A DNA stretch of 64,000 bases from Candidatus Moraniibacteriota bacterium (GTDB lineage Bacteria > Patescibacteriota > Minisyncoccia > Moranbacterales > UBA1568): contig JBPOIA010000021.1 of NCBI GenBank assembly GCA_052034975.1, positions 702 through 64,701 on the forward strand, read 5' to 3'. Under the pieces are notes generated by a model. That model had not been told where the DNA came from. It saw only the letters and a list, made by a program, of their open reading frames with translations, and did not search any database. Of the stretch, positions 28,302-38,222 are shown piece after piece. Position 1 is the stretch's first letter, and each line of letters opens with the position of its first letter. A program made the position numbers and the translations under genes.

Positions 28302-28922
28302 ATGCATCAAGACACCTGTTGCGGGGGAGGTTGCGGTTCATCGAACACGCTGCCACGGATCGGGGAAACCGTCCCTGATTTCGGGATGGATCTCTATCAG
28401 AATAACGAATTTCGCACGGCTCATTTTTCAGATTACCGCGGAAAGTGGGTCATCGTCTTTTTCTATCCGGCAGACTTCACGTTCATCTGCCCGACGGAGC
28501 TCGAAGATATGGCTGCTCGTTATGAAGACTTTCAGAAGCTTGGCGCGGAAGTACTCTCTGTCAGCACTGACACGAAATTCACGCACAAGGCCTGGCACGA
28601 TCACTCACCAGCCATAAAGAAAATCACCTATCCGATGGTAGCGGATCCATCCGGGGAAATTTCCCGGGGCTTCGGCGTCTACATCGAGGAGGGCGGTGAT
28701 CGCGGTCTCGCGCTTCGCGGCAGTTTCATCATCGATCCGGACGGGGTGCTTCAAGCGTATGAAGTACACGCCAATAACGTCGGGCGGAGCGCCGGAGAGC
28801 TTTTCCGCAAACTGGAAGCCGCTCGCTTTGTCCGCGAGCATGGCGGTGAAGTTTGCCCAGCCAATTGGAAACCGGGATCAAAGACACTCAAACCCGGTAT
28901 CGACCTCGTGGGCAAGATATAA
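28302..28922 (+). CDS. Peroxiredoxin (AhpC/Prx family) with a Cys-rich N-terminal extension
   Basis: Peroxidatic motif FYPADFTFICPTEL. Motif KAWH. N-terminal MHQDTCCGGGCGSS. An intrinsic terminator follows the stop (AAGGGGGC ttgt GCCCCCTTT). Confidence 0.8.
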   Translation: MHQDTCCGGGCGSSNTLPRIGETVPDFGMDLYQNNEFRTAHFSDYRGKWVIVFFYPADFTFICPTELEDMAARYEDFQKLGAEVLSVSTDTKFTHKAWHDHSPAIKKITYPMVADPSGEISRGFGVYIEEGGDRGLALRGSFIIDPDGVLQAYEVHANNVGRSAGELFRKLEAARFVREHGGEVCPANWKPGSKTLKPGIDLVGKI

Positions 28923-28997
28923 ACTCTCCTCAAAACGAAATCAAGGGGGCTTGTGCCCCCTTTGCTGTCTCTACTCAAAAAATAACATCTCTCTCTT

Positions 28998-29597
28998 ATG
29001 TCCACTTCCTACGCTCCAAAATCATACGCTGCACTTCTCGGTTTGACGGGTTTTTCCGAAACGCTTCTCACGAACCACTTCACGCTCTACGAGGGCTACG
29101 TCAACAATACCAATCGGCTCTCCGAACGCCTCGCGAAACTTAGAGAAGAAGGGGAAACCGGCACGCCGGAATACGCCGAGCTCAAGCGTCGTTTCGGTTG
29201 GGAATGGAACGGGATGCGTCTTCACGAGTGCTATTTTGAGAACCTCACCAAAACGCCGCTCTCTCTCAACAAGGAAAGCACCTTATCTCAGGGTATCGTC
29301 GCCTCTTTCGGCAGTTTCGAGATGTGGGAAAAGGATTTCCGTGGAACCGGAGCGATGCGCGGCATCGGCTGGGTGCTTCTCGTGAAAGATCCTGAAACGG
29401 ACCACCTCTTCAACGTTTGGATCAACGAGCACGATCTCGGCCATCTCGCCGGAACCGTGCCGATCATCGTAATGGATGTTTTCGAACACGCGTATATGCT
29501 TGATTATGGGCTGAAGCGTGCCGAATACATCGATGCTTTTTTCCGATCGCTCGACTGGAATGCGGCAGAAAAAAGATTCTCGGGACAGGCACACTGA
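28998..29597 (+). CDS. Fe/Mn-family superoxide dismutase
   Basis: C-terminal metal-ligand motif DVFEHAYMLDYG (D-x-[WF]-E-H-A-Y). N-terminal helical region. Confidence 0.7.
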   Translation: MSTSYAPKSYAALLGLTGFSETLLTNHFTLYEGYVNNTNRLSERLAKLREEGETGTPEYAELKRRFGWEWNGMRLHECYFENLTKTPLSLNKESTLSQGIVASFGSFEMWEKDFRGTGAMRGIGWVLLVKDPETDHLFNVWINEHDLGHLAGTVPIIVMDVFEHAYMLDYGLKRAEYIDAFFRSLDWNAAEKRFSGQAH

Positions 29598-29616
29598 ATC
29601 GTAAAAAGAAACATCT

Positions 29617-32232
29617 ATGACATTCTCTCAAGTGAAAAAACGGGATGGGGAAATCGTTCGCTTCGAGCGCTCTCGTATCGAGGAAGCGATCGTCGCCGCC
29701 TGCGATGCGGTCGGGGAAACCGACAAATCATTCGTTACGAAGATGACAGACCACATCGTCTCCGATCTCGCGCAGACACACGACGGCAAGAGCGAGTTTC
29801 ACGTCCCGTCGGTCGAACAAATCCAGGACTTCGTGGAAAAGCATCTGGTCCGCGAGAACCGCTATGAGATCGCCAAGGCCTATATCCTCTACCGCGAAAA
29901 ACGGGCCGAGGAACGAGAGGAACGCAAAGAGAAACTGGTAGAGCAATTCGAGAAGCACTCTATGAGTGTCATCAAGGCCGATGGATCGAAAGAGCTCTTC
30001 GACGTCGAGAAAATCCGGGCCGTTTTCGGGCGCGCGGTGAAGGGTTATGAGCCGTCCTGCCGGTTCGAAGACCTGCTCGAAACATTCAAAAAAAACATTG
30101 TCGATGAGATCAAGACGTCCGACATCAACAAGCTCCTCGTTAAAACCTGCATCGACCTCGTAACCGTGGAAAACACCCTCTGGCAGAACGTCGCGGCGCG
30201 CATCTTCCTCGGCAACCTCTATAAACACGCTTGCCGCAACAGGAGTATCGGTCACGAGAAACTCTACACGCCCGAAGCGTATCTCTCCCTCTTTAAGACT
30301 TATGTCGAAGAAGGGCTCTATTCAAAGGATTTCTTCACTCATTACAGCGAGGAAGATATCCTGGAAGCCGGGAAGCATCTCTCGATGGAAACGGACCTGT
30401 CTTATGAATATACGACTGTCGTCTCGTTCGCCAAACGGTATCTGCTTAATCCGAACAAGGTCACCCGCGAACTGCCACAGGAGATGTATATGTCCGTGGC
30501 ACTCTTCCTTGCCATTCCTGAACCGAAAGAAGGTCGGCTCGCGTTTGCGCTCCGGATCTACGAACACTGTTCTCGGCAGCGCATCTCGCTCCCGACGCCG
30601 ACTCTTCTCAATGCGAGAACAAATTACCATCAGCTCTCCTCGTGCTTCAAGATCAACGTGGATGATGATTTGCGTGCCATCTATCACGCGATCGAAAATA
30701 TGGCGCAAATCTCGAAATTCGGCGGGGGAGTAGGCGTCTATCTCGGCAATATCCGTGCTCGCGGCAGCGCTATCCGCGGCGTCTACGGAATGTCCGGTGG
30801 TGCCAATCCATGGATCAAAGTCATCAACGATACGGCCATCGCTGTCAATCAGCTCGGTTCGCGACTCGGTGCCATTTCCGTCACGCTCGACATCTGGCAT
30901 CACGACATCTACGATTTCCTCGACCTGCAGACCGAAACAGGAGATATCCGCTCGAAAGCATTCGACATCTTTCCGGCCGTTTCTGTCCCGGATCTTTTTA
31001 TGCGCCGACTCAAAGAGGATAAGGAGATCACACTCTTCGATCCGCACGAAGTGGAGCATCTCTATCAAAAACGCTTGCAAGATCATTTCGGAGAGGAGTT
31101 TGATGCGTTCTATCTTGCGCTTGAACAGGACGATCGGCTCAAACTGAAAAAATCCGTCCGTGCCAAAGATCTCTTCAAGGCGTTCTTGAAGACAGTCGTC
31201 GAGACCGGGATGCCCTACGTATTCTTCCGCGACACGGTGAACCGTTTGAACCCGAACAAGCACAGCGGTCACATCTATTCCACACAACTCTGCACGGAGA
31301 TCTGTCAGAATACTTCTCCATCAAAATTCATTGAAGAGACGATCGAGGACGGCACCATCATTATTCGATATGAGCCGGGCGATCTCGTCGTCTGTAATCT
31401 TGCCTCGATCAATGTAGCGGCCGTGCACACGCCGGAAATGATGGAAAGTGTTTTCCCGGTGGTCATGCGCCTCCTCGACAATGTCATCACACTCAATTAT
31501 TACCCGATCAAGGAAGCCGAGCGCACCGCACTCCGGTACCGGAGTGTCGGGCTCGGATATTTGGGTCTCGCAGAATTTCTCGCCGTCAACAAGCTCGCCT
31601 ACGATAGCGAGACGGCCAGGACACGGGTGAACGAGCTTTTCTCTCGATATGCCTATCACACCTATCGCGCATCGGTCGACCTCGCTTTAGAGCGTGGCGC
31701 CTATCCGCTCTATCCGGGCAGCGAATACGAAAAAGGTCTTCTCCTCGGGAAACCGGCCGAATGGTTCGTAAAAAACACTGAGGATGGGGCCCTTTGGGAA
31801 AAGCTCTTCGCGGATATGAAAGTCTCCGGTGTGCGGTTTGGTTATCACACCGCTCCGGCGCCCAATACGTCGACAGCGGGCGTCGTCGGCACCACGGCCG
31901 CACTCCTGCCGATCTACAAGAAGTTTTTCGTCGAAACCAATCTCTCCGCCCCGACCATCCGCGTCGCACCGAAGCTCTCGAAAGACAATTTCTGGTACTA
32001 CAAAGAGTACATCAATATGGATATGAACGACGTGATCGATATGATCGCCGTCATCTATCGCTGGATCGATCAGTCGATCTCGTTCGAATGGATGATCGAT
32101 CCGTCGCGCGTCAGTCCCGCCCAACTCTACGAATACTATATGAAATCGTGGGGAGAAGGCATCAAGACGGTCTACTATGTCCGCAGCCTTTCCGGTGAAG
32201 TGAAGGACGGATGTGTCAGCTGCAGCGGATAG
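29617..32232 (+). CDS. nrdA: Ribonucleoside-diphosphate reductase large subunit (class I) with N-terminal ATP-cone
   Basis: 871 aa. ATP-cone (VKKRDGEIVRFERSRIEEAI). Catalytic-core motifs (NLASINVA, SNLCTEI-like CTEICQNT). C-terminal Cys pair CVSCSG. Confidence 0.85.
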   Translation: MTFSQVKKRDGEIVRFERSRIEEAIVAACDAVGETDKSFVTKMTDHIVSDLAQTHDGKSEFHVPSVEQIQDFVEKHLVRENRYEIAKAYILYREKRAEEREERKEKLVEQFEKHSMSVIKADGSKELFDVEKIRAVFGRAVKGYEPSCRFEDLLETFKKNIVDEIKTSDINKLLVKTCIDLVTVENTLWQNVAARIFLGNLYKHACRNRSIGHEKLYTPEAYLSLFKTYVEEGLYSKDFFTHYSEEDILEAGKHLSMETDLSYEYTTVVSFAKRYLLNPNKVTRELPQEMYMSVALFLAIPEPKEGRLAFALRIYEHCSRQRISLPTPTLLNARTNYHQLSSCFKINVDDDLRAIYHAIENMAQISKFGGGVGVYLGNIRARGSAIRGVYGMSGGANPWIKVINDTAIAVNQLGSRLGAISVTLDIWHHDIYDFLDLQTETGDIRSKAFDIFPAVSVPDLFMRRLKEDKEITLFDPHEVEHLYQKRLQDHFGEEFDAFYLALEQDDRLKLKKSVRAKDLFKAFLKTVVETGMPYVFFRDTVNRLNPNKHSGHIYSTQLCTEICQNTSPSKFIEETIEDGTIIIRYEPGDLVVCNLASINVAAVHTPEMMESVFPVVMRLLDNVITLNYYPIKEAERTALRYRSVGLGYLGLAEFLAVNKLAYDSETARTRVNELFSRYAYHTYRASVDLALERGAYPLYPGSEYEKGLLLGKPAEWFVKNTEDGALWEKLFADMKVSGVRFGYHTAPAPNTSTAGVVGTTAALLPIYKKFFVETNLSAPTIRVAPKLSKDNFWYYKEYINMDMNDVIDMIAVIYRWIDQSISFEWMIDPSRVSPAQLYEYYMKSWGEGIKTVYYVRSLSGEVKDGCVSCSG

Positions 32233-32417
32233 GCGTAATGGAAAAGTAAAAAAGTAAGTGATTTTCATTCAAAACCGACTCTCTAGCGCCGTTTGTCCGC
32301 CAGCGCGGCCGACCTGACGGTTACGCTCAAAACTTTTTCGCTTCGCGAAAAAGACCGTGCTTTTGAGCGTAAAGTCGCGCCAAAGAATCGTTTTGAAAGA
32401 AAATAAAGAAAAATAAT

Positions 32418-33458
32418 ATGACCAATATACACGCCAACAAGCTGTTCAATCCGGCCGGAAATGACGACGTGGCTGTCCGTACGATCATCAAAGGCTCGAC
32501 GACGGGACTCTTTAACCTGAACGCAACCAAATACCCGTGGGCCAAATCGCTCTACCAGGTGATGGTCGGAAACTTTTGGGTGCCGGAAAAGGTTTCTGGA
32601 CTCAAGGACGATGCCCGGATGTTCCATACCGAGCTTTCACCCGAGGAACAGCGCGCCTACAAAGGCATTCTCTCGTTCCTCATCTTCCTCGACTCCATCC
32701 AGACCGTGAATCTTCCACATTTCGCGGATTACGTCACGTCGCCGGAAGTGAATCTTATTCTCTCGATCCAGGCCTATCAGGAAGCTATCCATTCGCAATC
32801 CTACGCTACCATCCTCGAATCGGTCGTGGAAAGCAAGGAGCGCGACGAAATCTACTATTTTTGGCGCGACGATGCAATCCTCCTCGATCGCAACAAATAC
32901 ATTGGGGCCATCTACCAGGATTTCATCGATCACCCCTCTGATAAGAGTTTCTTCCGCGGTATCGTCGCGAATTTCCTCCTCGAGTCGGTCTATTTCTACA
33001 ACGGATTCGCGTTCTTCGACACTTTGGTCGACCATATGAAGATGCTCGCCACTGGAAGAATGATCGCATACATCCGACGCGATGAACTGACGCACATTAC
33101 CATCTTCTCTAATCTGATCCGCGAAATCCGACGCGAATTTCCCGATATTTATGACGAATCGATCGTCCGTGAAATGATGAATGTCGCCGTCCTGCAAGAA
33201 ATCGAGTGGAGTCGGCACATCCTCGGCAACCGCATCCCGGGGTTAAACGGGGAAACGACCGAGATCTATACCAAGTGGCTCGCCAACAACCGACTCGCGA
33301 TGCTCAATATCGATCCGCTCTACCCGGAAGCGGTCAATAACCCCTACAAGCATCTCGAGCGCCTACAAGACACGAACAGCGACAAAGGAAATTTCTTCGA
33401 AACCACCGTCGTCAATTACACCCAGTCTTCCAGTCTCAACGGAAGTTGGGACTTCTAG
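32418..33458 (+). CDS. nrdB: Ribonucleoside-diphosphate reductase small subunit (ferritin-like, class I)
   Basis: Di-iron ligand helices (ESVYFYNGFAFF, EAIHSQSY, RDELTHITIF). Confidence 0.85.
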   Translation: MTNIHANKLFNPAGNDDVAVRTIIKGSTTGLFNLNATKYPWAKSLYQVMVGNFWVPEKVSGLKDDARMFHTELSPEEQRAYKGILSFLIFLDSIQTVNLPHFADYVTSPEVNLILSIQAYQEAIHSQSYATILESVVESKERDEIYYFWRDDAILLDRNKYIGAIYQDFIDHPSDKSFFRGIVANFLLESVYFYNGFAFFDTLVDHMKMLATGRMIAYIRRDELTHITIFSNLIREIRREFPDIYDESIVREMMNVAVLQEIEWSRHILGNRIPGLNGETTEIYTKWLANNRLAMLNIDPLYPEAVNNPYKHLERLQDTNSDKGNFFETTVVNYTQSSSLNGSWDF

Positions 33459-33659
33459 AACGGTCGACACTTCTTTCACTTCGAAAAATGAAATTTGGTG
33501 TGGTATAATAGAATCACATCGTCTTTCTTTATGCCCGGTAGTAGAATTTCGACCGGCATCAATAAAAACTCAGACAAAACAGGAGCTCACATAAATTCTA
33601 TCAAGCCGGACTTTCGATAATGTCTTGAAAGAAAAATTGTCGAAGTTTCACTACCGGGT

Positions 33660-34523
33660 ATGCGCAAAAACAAAACATTCATTCGAACGCTTCTGTTTTT
33701 CTTCGCGACGGCCGGTTTTCTCTTCGCTCTTCAAGCCGATGCCCAGAGCCAAGGACTCCAATATACGCTTTTGGAAAAGATTCCGGGCGTTCCAAGCGTC
33801 GGAAGCGACCTTAAGAGCTACGTCGAGGGCATCTATCGGATGGCGCTCATCATCGTCACGCTCTCCGCGGTTCTGATGCTTTCCATCGGCGGTTTTATGT
33901 ATCTCACAAGCGCTGGCAATACCTCGTCGGCCGCGACAGCTAAAGGCATCATCTGGGACTCCATCATCGGCCTCGCCATCGCGCTCGTCGCCTGGCTTAT
34001 CTTAAATGTCATCAATCCCGATCTCGTCAATGTCACCTTAAACGGCTTGTCGGTAACGAGTGTCGGGATGCAACCGACCGGACCGGCTCCGACGCCGGGC
34101 ATCGGCGCCGGGTGCAGCGGATATTCCGTCGTCGGCATCTCTAGTAGCCAGTGTAACGACGCTTCACAGAAACTCGCCGACATTCTTGCCTGTATGCGCG
34201 GCCATTACCCAAGCGCACAAATAACCAGTATTTCCGACAGCGGAGGATTCTCGACCTGCAAGAACAACTACAGCTCTCCGCCCTGCGCCCATAGCCGAAC
34301 ATCCTGCCACTATGGCGGCGGAGCGACACAGACCGGCAGCGAGTGCCAACAATCCCTCGCTGCGGACATTTCCATCAGAAACAGCGGCGGACAGGTAGAT
34401 CTCTCCATCGCCCAGGCCGTCAAATCGGCCGCCTCCGCCTGCGGAGCGCGCGTCAATGACGAGTCCGCAGGAGCCCATCCGCATATCCATATCAGCGCTC
34501 CCAGTAGCTGCTGTTCGCTCTAA
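33660..34523 (+). CDS. T4SS-pilin-like (TrbC/VirB2-type) membrane protein fused to a Cys-rich C-terminal domain
   Basis: Signal peptide. Pilin-like hydrophobic pair ...ALIIVTLSAVLMLSIGGFMYLTSAGN...AKGIIWDSIIGLAIALVAWLIL. C-terminal ~130 aa carry about 10 Cys plus H-rich AHPHIH, a possible metallopeptidase-like fold. Confidence 0.5.
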   Translation: MRKNKTFIRTLLFFFATAGFLFALQADAQSQGLQYTLLEKIPGVPSVGSDLKSYVEGIYRMALIIVTLSAVLMLSIGGFMYLTSAGNTSSAATAKGIIWDSIIGLAIALVAWLILNVINPDLVNVTLNGLSVTSVGMQPTGPAPTPGIGAGCSGYSVVGISSSQCNDASQKLADILACMRGHYPSAQITSISDSGGFSTCKNNYSSPPCAHSRTSCHYGGGATQTGSECQQSLAADISIRNSGGQVDLSIAQAVKSAASACGARVNDESAGAHPHIHISAPSSCCSL

Positions 34524-34543
34524 GCTTCTCTCTTCGAATTGCT

Positions 34544-35683
34544 ATGAAAAGGGTCTTTTATGTGTCTTTGGGTATTCTCGTGTTGACGCTTATCTTTTTG
34601 GCTGCGTACAACTTCATTTTTCGCCATAATGCGAATGATCCGATAGCCGATAAGGAGAAAAAAGAGGATATCAAGGAAGAATCAGCGAGCGAGAATGCCC
34701 GCTCAGCGGAAAAGATCCTAAGTGTCATCAACGAAACCGTCCTTGGTGCCACAAGCGGTGACGACACACTCTATTACTATTCGCTCGATGACCAGTCGCT
34801 CAAAAAAGCTTCCTTGGAAGGCAAAGACAAGGAGATCCTGATGAGCAATCTTCCGGGCACACCAGCCAGGATCCTTTGGTCGCCGAAACGCGACCGTGCC
34901 TTGTTGCTGCTCAGCCAGTCCGGCGGGACGGCTCTTTGGTATTTTGCCGATTTTCAGATCAAGACCCTCGTTCCGCTCAAACCCGAAATGTCGAGACTCT
35001 CCTGGGACAACATCGGCGATCGGATCATCTACCAGTATACCGACACCAAGACCGGCGCCCGTTCTCTTAACACAGCCGCCCCAGATGGAAGCGGTTGGAA
35101 GAGGCTCGCCGACCTGAAAGACCAGGATTCTTTCTTTGCTCCCGTGCCGAAAAGCACCCTGATCTCATTTTGGAATCGTTCCAATGCCCTCGAAAAAACG
35201 TTTTTTGAGACCATCGGTATCACCGGCGAGAATCGACGTGTCCTTCTTACCGAAAAATTCGGAGCGGATTATCTGTGGTCACCGAACGGCAACCGGGTCC
35301 TCGTAAGCACCAGCGACCAAAAGGGCGGTCACTCGCTCCTTCTCAGTGTTATGAATCAGAACGGCGGGGAATTCAAGAATCTTTCCATCCCGACATTCGT
35401 AGCAAAAACCGTCTGGTCAAAAAACGGATCAGTTCTCTATTATGCTCTCCCCGGATCGCTTCCGGAGAACGCCGTCCTCCCCAACGATTATTTTGGCCGA
35501 CCTCTGTACACAAAAGACACTTTTTGGAAGATAGATTTGGAAAACGGAAAAAAAACACGCCTCCTCGACCTGGACGAAGTCTCGCAGGGCTTTGACAGCA
35601 CAGACCTCTTTCTCTCGTCGTCCGAGGACGCACTCTTCTTTACCGATCGGCAAACGAAACGTCTCTATCGTATCGACTTGTGA
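34544..35683 (+). CDS. Membrane-anchored TolB-like beta-propeller protein
   Basis: N-terminal TM helix. Repeated WSP[NK]G/LYY propeller blades (LWSPKRDRALLL, WSPNGNRVLV, WSKNGSVLYY). Confidence 0.55.
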   Translation: MKRVFYVSLGILVLTLIFLAAYNFIFRHNANDPIADKEKKEDIKEESASENARSAEKILSVINETVLGATSGDDTLYYYSLDDQSLKKASLEGKDKEILMSNLPGTPARILWSPKRDRALLLLSQSGGTALWYFADFQIKTLVPLKPEMSRLSWDNIGDRIIYQYTDTKTGARSLNTAAPDGSGWKRLADLKDQDSFFAPVPKSTLISFWNRSNALEKTFFETIGITGENRRVLLTEKFGADYLWSPNGNRVLVSTSDQKGGHSLLLSVMNQNGGEFKNLSIPTFVAKTVWSKNGSVLYYALPGSLPENAVLPNDYFGRPLYTKDTFWKIDLENGKKTRLLDLDEVSQGFDSTDLFLSSSEDALFFTDRQTKRLYRIDL

Positions 35684-36936
35684 TCTTCAAAAGTTTTTCC
35701 GGCCGGTTCGTTTTCCACGAATCGGTTTTTTGTTGTCGTGAAGATCAGCGCGATCAGGAGCCAAAACGAAAACGCCGAATCGGTTCCGAAATACGGGGTA
35801 TCCACAAGGCCAGAAACCAAAAAAAGAACGAGAAGCGAACCGAGAATCTTTAGAAGTGCCCGGATCTCTCCGTTAGATGTTTCTTTGTATGTCCGGTACA
35901 GACAGATGAAGGCTCGTAAAAGCAGAAGCAGGAACCCGATAAGCCCGAGGAATCCGGTTTCAAGCCATACGGCCAAAAACAAATTGTGCGGCTCAGGAAC
36001 CGCCCATTCGAGATATGGGGGAAAGTATTTCTGATATGACAGGTACTCTTCCTGAAACCGACCGAGACCGATACCAAGCACCGGGTGATCGGCGAGGACG
36101 CTTCCTGCTGCGTGCCAGATCATCACTCGTGAGGCAAGCGAGGAGCGTTCGTCAAAGGAGATGAGTGAGTGCCATTTTTCAGTCCCTCGCTCAAAAAACA
36201 CTGCCACCAAGCAAAAAAGTATGAGAACTATCGCGATACCGCCTTTTCCTCGACGTCCGGACGTGAAGAAAAATACCAAGAGAGAGAGAAGAGTCGCCAC
36301 CCAAACACCGTATGAGCGTGTCAGAAAAATAGCGGCAATCACGAGTGCGCCCGAAACCATAAAGAGGGCCTTTTGGCGAATCGCCGCTTGAACAGAAAAA
36401 GCTTGTTCCAAAAAATATGCGGCCAAAGGGACGCCCGGAGCGAGAAAGAGTGCCAGAAAATTTGGCGAAGAAAACCAGGCCTCTAAGCGTCCGTCGTATG
36501 TCATTCGCCCGTCAAAGAAAAACCACAAGCTTCCGATCGACGAAGATACGGTAACGAAAAGCCATGCCAAAAGAGATCGCTTCACGGCTGTGCGCGACAA
36601 CGGTACAAGAAGAATGAGCACAGCCATCAAGGTCGGAAAGAAGAACCAGGTCTTGAAAAGTCCGAGCGATTTGAACGAGAGCGGATGGACAAAAAGAGAA
36701 AGGAGCGTACCGAACAGAAATAAGGCAGTAGCGAAAATTGCCCAACGATCAGGAGACGAGTTTTGTCCGTGCCAATAAGATCCTTGGACGCCCAAAAACA
36801 GCACGAGGAGAAGAATCACTCCTCCTTCGGGCGTATAGAGAGGCAAGCCGAAAACATCCGTTTTCAGCCGAGCAAAAGGAAGCAAAAGAAACATTCCGGC
36901 GACACAAAAAGAAAGGAGTCTCAATGCGAGCGGCAT
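35665..36936 (-). CDS. O-antigen ligase (Wzy_C) family membrane protein
   Basis: Polytopic. Wzy_C signature EPHNLFLAVWLETGFLGL. Confidence 0.7.
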   Translation of the reverse strand: MPLALRLLSFCVAGMFLLLPFARLKTDVFGLPLYTPEGGVILLLVLFLGVQGSYWHGQNSSPDRWAIFATALFLFGTLLSLFVHPLSFKSLGLFKTWFFFPTLMAVLILLVPLSRTAVKRSLLAWLFVTVSSSIGSLWFFFDGRMTYDGRLEAWFSSPNFLALFLAPGVPLAAYFLEQAFSVQAAIRQKALFMVSGALVIAAIFLTRSYGVWVATLLSLLVFFFTSGRRGKGGIAIVLILFCLVAVFFERGTEKWHSLISFDERSSLASRVMIWHAAGSVLADHPVLGIGLGRFQEEYLSYQKYFPPYLEWAVPEPHNLFLAVWLETGFLGLIGFLLLLLRAFICLYRTYKETSNGEIRALLKILGSLLVLFLVSGLVDTPYFGTDSAFSFWLLIALIFTTTKNRFVENEPAGKTFEDHKSIR

Positions 36937-38222
36937 AAGCGCGTTTCCGTATGATTATGGAACGATCCGGCAAAGGCAATGAGAAACAGGAAGAGCGGTA
37001 AGACGTGCACCGAAAAAATCGGTGTCTCAAAAAGCGAATGTACCGAAAAGATGGTGAGCGATAAGAGTGTGGCTAAGGCGAACAGGTCTTTTTCTTTCCT
37101 CCATCTCCGGGCAGAGCGCAGAATGGCTGTTCCGAGCAATCCGAGAAAAAAGAAGAGTCCGAGAAGGCCCGTTTCTGCTGCCACATCAAGATAGAGGTTG
37201 TGCGCGTAAATCGGCTCACGATACGAGGCGCTCGGTTTTACGATGATCGGATAATTTCCGAGACCGACTCCTCCAAACGGACGTTCGGCGACAAACGCCG
37301 CCGCCTCTTTCCAGAGGCGCAGCCGCTCACTGTTCGAACCGTCTTCCAAAGAAAAACTCGAGACGAAACGTGCCCCGAAAGGACCCGAAAACACGGCAGC
37401 AACGATCAGGGCCAAGAAAATACCCGCGAGAAATTTTTTTCCTTTTTCTCGCCATTCCGCCAAACGAGGGGCCGTCATACCGAAACATACGGCGGCGGAC
37501 AGAGCCAGACCAACGTAACCCCCGCGGGAAAATGTCAGAAAGTCGGCAAGTAAGAGGAGGCTCGTTGCAAACAAAGCTGTTTGCGATCGTTCCTTCAAAA
37601 ATAACGCAAAAGCGAACGGGAACGCGAGACCGAAATAAAACGCCGCGATGTGCGGATCGGGGAAAAACGCCGTCGCGCGCAAAAAGGTCTCTCCGGAAAG
37701 ATTAACGAGAAGACTCGGGTACGCCGCCACGGCTTCTCCAAAAGCATTTCCAAGAAAGAACGGGAGGATTGTCTCCGTCCACACCGAAAAGACTTTTTCG
37801 ACACCGAAAACGAACTGCGAAAAAAACTGTACGATGGCAACGAGAGCTGCCGCAGAAGCGCCGACAAGAAGAAACCGTATGAGACGAAGCCGCGACTTCT
37901 CATCGCGGAACTGATCAAAAAAAACGAGAAGGAGCGGAAAGAATGTCCAAAGAAACACGTTTTTCCGAAAAGCCCACTCCTTGTTTTCCGCCCAAAAGAC
38001 CGACGCACTTATGAAAAAAATAAACGATGCGGCGAAAGCGAGCATTGTCGGATCCGGCAGGTACAGTGATCGCCGACAAAGACTTGCCGCTGCCCAACAA
38101 AAAACGATCAGGAGTGATCCTATTCGGACAATCGCGAGATCCACCCCTTCGGTGGGCGACAGTGCCCATTGAAATGGGAGAGCGAGAAGAAAAATAGGGA
38201 GAAGGATACGCATATGTTTCAT
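36921..38222 (-). CDS. O-antigen ligase (Wzy_C) family membrane protein, second paralogue
   Basis: Signature YAHNLYLDVAAETGLLGL. Start taken at MKHMRILLP with an ATGA overlap of the upstream GT2 stop. The track ORF extends to 38420. Confidence 0.65.
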   Translation of the reverse strand: MKHMRILLPIFLLALPFQWALSPTEGVDLAIVRIGSLLIVFCWAAASLCRRSLYLPDPTMLAFAASFIFFISASVFWAENKEWAFRKNVFLWTFFPLLLVFFDQFRDEKSRLRLIRFLLVGASAAALVAIVQFFSQFVFGVEKVFSVWTETILPFFLGNAFGEAVAAYPSLLVNLSGETFLRATAFFPDPHIAAFYFGLAFPFAFALFLKERSQTALFATSLLLLADFLTFSRGGYVGLALSAAVCFGMTAPRLAEWREKGKKFLAGIFLALIVAAVFSGPFGARFVSSFSLEDGSNSERLRLWKEAAAFVAERPFGGVGLGNYPIIVKPSASYREPIYAHNLYLDVAAETGLLGLFFFLGLLGTAILRSARRWRKEKDLFALATLLSLTIFSVHSLFETPIFSVHVLPLFLFLIAFAGSFHNHTETRLCRSH

